64,000 nucleotides of DNA, taken from NCBI GenBank assembly GCA_040755995.1, contig JBFMAF010000038.1, positions 1,593-65,592 of the forward strand, read 5' to 3'. This document shows, in pieces, positions 57,990 to 64,000 of this stretch. The notes beneath the pieces were generated by a model, which ran no database searches, was not told the DNA's origin, and worked only from the letters and a program-made list of their open reading frames with translations. Numbering within the stretch: position 1 is the first letter of the stretch; each line of letters starts with the position of its first letter. Origin of the DNA: Acidobacteriota bacterium (GTDB lineage Bacteria; Acidobacteriota; CAIWXX01). The position numbers and the translations under genes were made by a program.

Positions 57990-58637
57990 GTGAATGGAGC
58001 GGAGTTCATGAGCACAGAGGTCTCATTCGAAGACATAAAGCAGATGTTCCGGGAGACTGACCGGAAGTTCCAGGAGACCGACCGGAAGTTCCAGGAGACT
58101 GACCGGAAGTTTGAGCAGACTGACCGGAAGTTTAAGGAGACTGACCGGAAGTTTAAGGAGACTGACCGGAAGTTCCAGGAGACGGCGCAGAGGCTGCGCG
58201 AGGTCGGCGAACAGGTGGGCGGGCTGGGCAATCGTCTGGGCGAATTCGTCGAGGGGGTAGTGCGGCCGGGACTGGTTAGAATCTTCCGCGAACGCGGTAT
58301 CGATGTCATGGAGACGCACCGTGATCTGGAGGCCACGCGCCGAGGTCTGTCCGCGCAGATAGATATTCTTGTCGTGAACGACGCGGACGTGGTCGCGGTG
58401 GAAGTGAAGTCGAAGCTGCGGACCGAAGACGTGGACGAGCACATCGAGCGGCTGGGGAAGTTCCGTGCGCTCTTTCCGCGTTATGCGGATGCGAGATTGC
58501 TCGGAGCGCTGGCCGCGATGGTCGTAAGCGACGAGGCGCTCGCCTACGCGAGCCGGAAGGGCATGTTCGTGATAGGGCAGCGCGGAGATGCGGCTGCGAT
58601 TCTGAATCCGGAGGGATTCAAGCCGGCCGAATGGTGA
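57990..58637 (+). CDS. DUF3782-like PD-(D/E)xK-fold protein with an N-terminal array of ETDRKFQ heptads
   Basis: C-terminal 'DILVVNDADVVAVEVKS' (D...E.K). N-terminal repeats encoded by a 21-bp tandem array. Confidence 0.5.
   Translation: MNGAEFMSTEVSFEDIKQMFRETDRKFQETDRKFQETDRKFEQTDRKFKETDRKFKETDRKFQETAQRLREVGEQVGGLGNRLGEFVEGVVRPGLVRIFRERGIDVMETHRDLEATRRGLSAQIDILVVNDADVVAVEVKSKLRTEDVDEHIERLGKFRALFPRYADARLLGALAAMVVSDEALAYASRKGMFVIGQRGDAAAILNPEGFKPAEW
58054..58179 (+). repeat. Six tandem copies of a 21-bp unit GAGACTGACCGGAAGTTCCAG (0-4 mismatches), in frame, encoding (E/Q)TDRKF(Q/E/K)
   Basis: Counted directly in the sequence. Inside a CDS, so not a CRISPR array. Confidence 0.9.
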
Positions 58638-58854
58638 GTGTCCAGCGAGTCCGCCCCCGGCGAGTGGACTCGCGTGTCGAATTCGATCCCCCTGTAGCCC
58701 ACGCCGAACGGGCAGCGCCCTCCGGGACCGGTGGAGATCCCGCCCAATCAGCGGCCGCGCCGCACACCCTTGGCGCCGGATCGGCGGCCGGCTGCTTTGA
58801 CAGCTCTGGAACTTGGCCATAGAATGAGTGCTGAACTTAGCTGGTGAGGTGTAT

Positions 58855-59424
58855 ATGAAGAGGATGAGTCTCATCCCGATACTCGTGCTGGCCGTATGCG
58901 CGCTGACGGCGTCGGCAGCGGTTTCGCAGACCCTTGCAGAGGTCGCGAAGCAGGAGAGAGAGAAGAGAAAAGACCAGAAGGGCAAGCCGGCCAAGACCTA
59001 TACGAATGCCGACCTGGCCAAGCTAACGGGCGGCGCTGTAACGACCGTCTACGCCGACACCACCTCCGACGATCTGACGGCCGGCGCCGGCGACGAATCA
59101 GCACAACCTGCGGCCGAGGACGAGAAGAAGGACGACAGGGGCGAGACCTATTGGCGGGCGCGGGCCGAACAGGCACGCGAGGAAGAAGCGCGGGCGAAGG
59201 AGCGACTGGAGTTGCTCATAGTGAAGCAGCAGAGTCTCAACGCCGATTTCCTCAACATCTCGGACCTGGCTCAACGAGACCTGGCCAGCGCCGAACTGCT
59301 CCGGCTGAGCGACAAGATCGAGGATGCGCGCGAGGAGGTCGAACGAACGACCCAGGTGAGGACCGACATCGAGGAAGAAGCGCGGAGGGCCGGTGCCTTG
59401 CCGGGCTGGCTACGGGGCGAGTAG
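58855..59424 (+). CDS. Secreted hypothetical protein, Ala/Glu/Arg-rich coiled-coil
   Basis: Signal peptide MKRMSLIPILVLAVCALTASA. ORF with start moved to the Met after an RBS-like GGTGAGG. Confidence 0.45.
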   Translation: MKRMSLIPILVLAVCALTASAAVSQTLAEVAKQEREKRKDQKGKPAKTYTNADLAKLTGGAVTTVYADTTSDDLTAGAGDESAQPAAEDEKKDDRGETYWRARAEQAREEEARAKERLELLIVKQQSLNADFLNISDLAQRDLASAELLRLSDKIEDAREEVERTTQVRTDIEEEARRAGALPGWLRGE

Positions 59425-59520
59425 CGCTCTGATCCTGCGACAGGACGACATCTGCTGAAGACACCCAGGAATGCGGCGCGGCGCAAGCCGTAACGAATCT
59501 CCCCGTCACTTGGTTCGTCG

Positions 59521-60453
59521 TCACGTATCTTCATGCCCTGGCTCACCGACGGCCCCTCTGTCCATGTGCAGCGCCCGGAAATCAGCGGCGCTGTATTGAG
59601 CGACGGCTGCGTTCGTCTTGATGCCCTTCCCCGCGGATTCATTGCCCTGCGGTTCTTTCGTGATCTCGGGTGACCAGAGCACTTCGGGGAATCCCGGCTC
59701 GGAGGCTCTGGCAATCAAGACCTTCATTCCGTACTTCGCGCCGAGAGACCGGACAATGCGACCATAGAGAGGATAGGAGACCATTGGCGTATGCCCTGAC
59801 CCTACCTGTTCATGTAACTCTTCAAGGGTCAACGGCGGCTTGTCTGTCTCGAATTGACCGGCGCAGGTCACCGCGAGGCCTTCAAAGAACCACGTCGGCC
59901 CCATGGCCTCTGCCGATCCATACCACGCTATTGCCACTTGTTCATGTGCCCTGTGAGCCAGTTCGTGGAGTATGAGCTGATGATAGTTCTGTTCGGCCCA
60001 CGGCCATTCGGGATAGAGCTCCTGCCAGATGTCCTGGTACGTTCCGCGAGAAACCAGAAAGAGCTTTGCCCCTTCGACAGTGCCGGAGAATGTTTCGGGG
60101 ATGCTCTCAGCGGGCGCAGCATACGCTTTCGCCAAATACTCTCGTGCCTTCGATGAACTCTCAAATATCATGACTGAGTCGATGATCTTCGGGTCAGGCA
60201 ATCTGAACCCCGAGGACAGGAAAAAGGCGGAGACTTCACCCAACGCCATTGCTACATCCTTCTCGTACATGCTGCGTTCATGCTCAAGTGACGCGGGCAC
60301 CTCAAATCGTAAGGGTTGAGCGCCGACTTCTGGAGTAGTGCGGCCGCGAAGGGGTGCGTTGCAGGCTGCCAAGAGGAACATGGCTGGGACCAGGCGGTGG
60401 GCAAGAGTGTTTCGGATTAGGGGCACGTATGACTCCTTTCGCTTTGCAGGCAT
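59521..60453 (-). CDS. Putative zincin-like metallopeptidase (HExxH: ILHELAHRAHE), lipoprotein-like N-terminus
   Basis: HExxH + downstream E. 'MFLLAAC' lipobox-like. Confidence 0.45.
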   Translation of the reverse strand: MPAKRKESYVPLIRNTLAHRLVPAMFLLAACNAPLRGRTTPEVGAQPLRFEVPASLEHERSMYEKDVAMALGEVSAFFLSSGFRLPDPKIIDSVMIFESSSKAREYLAKAYAAPAESIPETFSGTVEGAKLFLVSRGTYQDIWQELYPEWPWAEQNYHQLILHELAHRAHEQVAIAWYGSAEAMGPTWFFEGLAVTCAGQFETDKPPLTLEELHEQVGSGHTPMVSYPLYGRIVRSLGAKYGMKVLIARASEPGFPEVLWSPEITKEPQGNESAGKGIKTNAAVAQYSAADFRALHMDRGAVGEPGHEDT

Positions 60454-60510
60454 CTAATTGTCCGGCCAGGCTGCCGCTCACTCAACCGAAGACTATCTCT
60501 GAGGTTGATT

Positions 60511-60708
60511 TCAATTCGACTGTCCCGCGCCCAGCTCCCGGATCCAATCCTCTATGACCTGGGCGGCATGTTTGCTGTAGTTGCTATGACCGTCTCGGGC
60601 CAGAATCACTCGGTATCCCAGCTTCTTCGCACCCATACAGGTGGCTCTGACGCACGCATAGGTGACCAGACCCGTGACCACCAGACTTCCTATGCCCCTT
60701 GAGTCCAA
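60511..60708 (-). pseudogene. C-terminal fragment of an isochorismatase/cysteine-hydrolase family protein
   Basis: 'LVVTGLVTYACVRATCMGAKKLGYRVILARDGH' is the conserved catalytic-Cys region. No N-terminal half in frame. Confidence 0.5.
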
Positions 60709-60805
60709 TTCCTTTTCCTTCGTGGCATCGGCTCAGTTCAACCACGACTTGCAGGCAGCCCTGCCGCTCCGCTGTGAAGTCCCATTGGTTAGACCGCTCC
60801 GGCAT

Positions 60806-61519
60806 TCATCCGGAACATCTCCATGATCGGCACCGCCCCGCGGCTGCGCTGGGCGACACCAGGGCCATCGGCTGAGAGGGGGGATAGATGTTGAGGGCCT
60901 GATCGCCACCGATTCGGGCCACTTCAGCCTCCCAGTCTGGCCAACGCCAGGTCTCGTAGAACAGGTCGACGTTGCCTGTAAAGCACCAGCATAGGAAATC
61001 ACTGTATCCGCACTCCATGTCCTCCCACCGAAGTGAGTCGGGTGCGAAATACCACACCGTGTGCTTGCTGCCCCCGAAGCGACCACCGTCGAGAGCGAAG
61101 AACCCACCCACGACATCATCGGCGACTAGCACCCAAGCGGGAGGCGTATCGCTTTCCTGCATACCACACGCGAAGTTCCAGTCAGGCAAGGAGCGGGGCA
61201 AACGAGGATGGCCTGAGCCGAGAATCCTCATCCATCCATGATCTACCAGAAGGCCACCCGTATGAAAGATCACGGCACCCATCGGAGACCGCGTCGTCAC
61301 CTGCACTGAGACGAGAGCCTGGCCCGCGTGGACGGAGGGTGGTAGAACCTCGACCGGCCTGACAGCCTTGCTGATCCACCCTTGCACCAGTGGCCACGCC
61401 GGCTCGTCTCGATTCACCAGTTGGTCGAGATCCTTCTTCACGTAGCCCATCTCTGTGTCGGTCCAGCGGCGGAGTTCACCCTCGATGGCCCGCGCCACTC
61501 GGGTGGAACCACGTGTCAC
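60806..61519 (-). CDS. Conserved hypothetical protein (Trp-rich; possibly DUF2625-like)
   Basis: 237-aa ORF with plausible codon usage. No recognisable catalytic motif. Confidence 0.4.
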   Translation of the reverse strand: MTRGSTRVARAIEGELRRWTDTEMGYVKKDLDQLVNRDEPAWPLVQGWISKAVRPVEVLPPSVHAGQALVSVQVTTRSPMGAVIFHTGGLLVDHGWMRILGSGHPRLPRSLPDWNFACGMQESDTPPAWVLVADDVVGGFFALDGGRFGGSKHTVWYFAPDSLRWEDMECGYSDFLCWCFTGNVDLFYETWRWPDWEAEVARIGGDQALNIYPPSQPMALVSPSAAAGRCRSWRCSG

Positions 61520-61636
61520 ACCCCTTTGATATCGGACTCATGGACACTCTGGAGACCTCACGGTGCCTCGTCACGCCGTTCTGCGCCTGTCACCCCTGTC
61601 GTGCACGCCTTCCTGCTGTCGGTCAAACGGCAACGG

Positions 61637-61933
61637 TCACGGGCGGCGGTTGAGCACAGCGGAACTGCGGTCCGGTGCAGCGCCTTGCTGCGCGGCCTTG
61701 ACGATTTCGCACTTTGCATAGACGAATTCAGGGTCAAGATCAATTCCAGAGTCCCATTCGATAGTGTCGAAGGCAACTCGCACCCGCTTGAAAGCCTCCT
61801 GGTCCTTGAGCCGTTGGAACACGCCGAACCCCAGAATCTGCTTCATGTCCAGCGTACCAGTCTCGCCGTTGTCAAAGACGATAGAAAGCATGTAGTCTTC
61901 ACCGGGCACTACTTCTCTCACTGATGGATACAT
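61637..61933 (-). CDS. DUF2442-family small protein
   Basis: 'YMLSIVFDNGETGTLDM...FDTIEWDSGIDLDPEFVY' is the DUF2442 signature. Confidence 0.6.
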   Translation of the reverse strand: MYPSVREVVPGEDYMLSIVFDNGETGTLDMKQILGFGVFQRLKDQEAFKRVRVAFDTIEWDSGIDLDPEFVYAKCEIVKAAQQGAAPDRSSAVLNRRP

Positions 61934-61944
61934 CAGCCTGCTCC

Positions 61945-62172
61945 TTACTGAAGAGGTTGGATCTTGAATGTCTCTTCCCCATTCATCACCAGGTTCCAGT
62001 CGGCCATGAGTTCGTTCTGGTGCAGTTCAGCCCATGCCAGCACCAGTTTCGTTTGCTTAGTGGGAAGATCTCCTTCTGTCACTTCGCACGTACGAATCCC
62101 CAGTGTGGCTTTGTGTTCTACATAGTACACATGGAAATGGTCGGCATGCTTCTTCCCTCTTCGGTGAATCAT
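61945..62172 (-). CDS. DUF4160-family small protein (partner of DUF2442)
   Basis: 'HFHVYYVEHKATLGIRT...GDLPTKQTKLVLAWAELHQNELMADW'. Confidence 0.6.
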   Translation of the reverse strand: MIHRRGKKHADHFHVYYVEHKATLGIRTCEVTEGDLPTKQTKLVLAWAELHQNELMADWNLVMNGEETFKIQPLQ

Positions 62173-62650
62173 ACGCCTTATCTTCTGTCGGCGAACCGAT
62201 GTTCAGACGGTTTTCGCCTGGACCCTGTCTCTCGCCTCTCCCTCCAGATGCTACGCCGCGCGGAAAACGGCGTCAAGATGGTCGCCATCAATGATTTGCC
62301 GAACTCCCGAGGCCTTCGCCGCTTCTTCGTGGCTACCGCATGACACGCCCCGCATCTCTCCTCACAACGTGTCCACCGGGCCCTGGCCGTCAACGAATGT
62401 AGACACGTAAACCACGGTTGACATCGACGGTATGTCGGCTCAGATACCCCGGCGCGTCCTCGCCCGAAGCACGCCTGCGCCGTTCTGCGGGACTTCGAGA
62501 CCGGCCCGTCTCTCTCAACGTCTGTCCCCGCCCGCGCGCCGTCAACTGGCGTTGACATCGGGGCCGCGCACGACCCTTCTCTTTCAACAGCTTGCGGTTC
62601 CGGCCGGTTGGCATCGAGCACGCACTCCTCCGCTTGCCAGGAGGTGCAAC

Positions 62651-62989
62651 ATGGGACTCAATCTACTGGAAGCGTTGGTCGCATCGAGCGTATTCCTGTT
62701 CGGCGCCATGGCGGTTGCGCCGCTTCTGACCGAGGCAGCGTCAGCCGCCAGGCGAGCGGATAGCCTGCTTGAGGCTACCACCGTCGCTCAGAACAGCCTG
62801 GACAGCCTCCGCGACGCGATTCAACGGGGAGAACCCGTGGAATCGTACGAGTGCGACCAGGCCGGGTTCCACGTCGTTCAATCGGTCGGCAGCCTGGACG
62901 CGGACTTCTACTGCTTGAGCGTTGCCGTCTCGGAGATGAGAGGGCGGCGCAATCTTGTGGAGCTCATCTCCTTTGTGGAGAAGCCATGA
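62651..62989 (+). CDS. Type IV pilin-like/pseudopilin (minor pilin) with degenerate prepilin N-terminus (G-LNLLEALVASSVFLFG)
   Basis: RBS CAGGAGGTG. Hydrophobic N-terminal helix after a Gly-X-X-L-X-E-like motif. Confidence 0.45.
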   Translation: MGLNLLEALVASSVFLFGAMAVAPLLTEAASAARRADSLLEATTVAQNSLDSLRDAIQRGEPVESYECDQAGFHVVQSVGSLDADFYCLSVAVSEMRGRRNLVELISFVEKP

Positions 62990-63810
62990 GGCGCACGCGG
63001 AGGAGACCATCCATCGCGTGGGCTGTCGATCATGCCGGCCACACTCTTGCCGAGGCCGCCGTGTCTCTCATGCTGATCTCGCTGTTCGTGCTGGCCGCCT
63101 TCCGGTGCTTCTCCGCGGCCAGGGACACCGCCGCGCGGATCACATCGCGCGCCTTCGGTGTCGACTCGCTGCGACTCGCAGCTGACGCGATGACCCATGA
63201 CCTGTTCTGCGCTGGGTCGGGACTGGTCTCCGACGACAGCGGGTTCGCTCCGCTGGTCACCGGTCCGCCTTTGCCTGGCGGGCCCTGGACGGACTCGGCG
63301 ACAGTCTACGCGAACAATGCCGGCCAAGTGGTGGTACTCGCGGCGCCGGTCTTGCGCGGCGACAGGCAGTTGCGCGCCATCAGTGCGAGTGTGGAGGATG
63401 GCGACCGGGTGTTGCTGCGCGCAAGCGGAGCGTGGGAGGCCGCCCGTGTCGACGACGTCCGCCGCCACGGCCCGGAGACGCACATCACGCTGCAGAGCCC
63501 GTGCGCCCACGACTACACTTCTGCAGCCGGCGTCACCATCGTCCAGTACAGTTACGATCGGCGATCTCGGCGCCTGTACCGCTCCGTTAACGGCGGCACG
63601 CGCCAGCCGTTACTGGAGGAGTGCACTGGCCTGAGACTCTGCGTGATCACGAGGCAAGATGGGCGGCCCGTCTTCGGACCCGTCGACTTCGACAGTCTTC
63701 TGCGGGCCGACTGCAACTACGATCTCTCCGTCGCTGGCAAGACCGTCTCTCGACGGGTTCCTTTCCTGGTCGGCCACCTGGAGTCGGGGTTCTTTGGGAG
63801 GAGTCTATGA
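62986..63810 (+). CDS. Pseudopilin/minor pilin-like protein (prepilin motif G-HTLAEAAVSLMLISLFV)
   Basis: Start overlaps upstream stop (ATGA). Class-III signal-peptide-like N-terminus. Confidence 0.5.
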   Translation: MRRTRRRPSIAWAVDHAGHTLAEAAVSLMLISLFVLAAFRCFSAARDTAARITSRAFGVDSLRLAADAMTHDLFCAGSGLVSDDSGFAPLVTGPPLPGGPWTDSATVYANNAGQVVVLAAPVLRGDRQLRAISASVEDGDRVLLRASGAWEAARVDDVRRHGPETHITLQSPCAHDYTSAAGVTIVQYSYDRRSRRLYRSVNGGTRQPLLEECTGLRLCVITRQDGRPVFGPVDFDSLLRADCNYDLSVAGKTVSRRVPFLVGHLESGFFGRSL

Positions 63811-64000
63811 AGAGACATGAAGCGGCGGTCCTGGAAGAGCGCGGAAGCGCACTGCTTCTGGCCGTCATTCTGGTGAGTGTGTTGTTGGCCGTCGGGGCGG
63901 CGGTAGCGGTCGGCTCGCGAGGATCGGTCATGGCCTCGACCCAGCGATTGAGGTCGCTGGAAGCCGAGAATGCCGCCCGATCCGCGGTCCGCCTGCTATC
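63807..64000 (+). CDS. Third pilin-like protein (PilX-like N-terminus), 3'-partial at window end
   Basis: 'MKRHEAAVLEERGSALLLAVILVSVLLAV'. Start overlaps upstream stop. Confidence 0.4.
   Translation, partial: MKRHEAAVLEERGSALLLAVILVSVLLAVGAAVAVGSRGSVMASTQRLRSLEAENAARSAVRLL

Noticed and set aside
58054-58179. Possible CRISPR-like or satellite array (21-bp unit x6)
   Set aside because: Units are contiguous without spacers, in frame inside a CDS, and only 21 bp. A coding heptad repeat, not CRISPR.
1-64000. Looked for tRNA/rRNA genes, integrase/transposase genes and CRISPR arrays
   Set aside because: No cloverleaf-like candidates in the intergenic gaps and no 16S/23S-like conserved stretches. 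No DDE/tyrosine-recombinase motifs in any frame inspected. No spacer-repeat architecture.

Overview
High-GC (about 65-70%) bacterial chromosomal segment, most likely from an Acidobacteriota-type genome. Supporting this are several secreted proteins built from SBBP beta-propeller repeats with IPT/TIG tails, Ser/Thr kinases fused to TolB-like propellers, and a sensor kinase with periplasmic beta-propellers. No rRNA, tRNA, CRISPR array, transposase or integrase was recognised. The window contains about 60 credible genes. (1) A propeller-type histidine kinase with a NarL/LuxR-type response regulator (0.2-4.0 kb). (2) Three tandem paralogous SBBP/IPT secreted proteins with conserved 5' leaders, interleaved with other secreted proteins (4.2-13.1 kb). 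(3) The most unusual region is a long co-directional cluster (13.8-26.6 kb) on the + strand. Genes from 17.7 kb onward are translationally coupled. It contains two copies of a NifX-like / zinc-ribbon / DUF5320 module, a DsrE-like protein, a TsaA/TrmO-like protein, two MinD/ParA P-loop ATPases with 4Fe-4S ferredoxin domains, an FmdB-like zinc-ribbon peptide, a radical SAM enzyme and a Cys-motif-less radical-SAM-like protein. It runs straight into an Asp/Glu racemase, a carrier-protein-fused class-III aminotransferase, and then a separately promoted cyclic-peptide-type ABC exporter. (4) An ArsR-regulated RND efflux operon is bracketed by inverted DUF697-like paralogs, each followed by the same 14-bp palindrome. 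(5) A decayed P-loop ATPase cassette is flanked by 33-bp direct repeats. (6) A peptidase / B12-radical-SAM / TPR operon. (7) Housekeeping genes (AdhE, methionine gamma-lyase, nucleoside hydrolase). (8) Gene fossils: a kinase fragment with an in-frame TAG, an ilvC C-terminal remnant, an OmpA-like gene with two frameshifts, and an isochorismatase fragment. All functional calls rest on motif recognition by eye. No database search was run.
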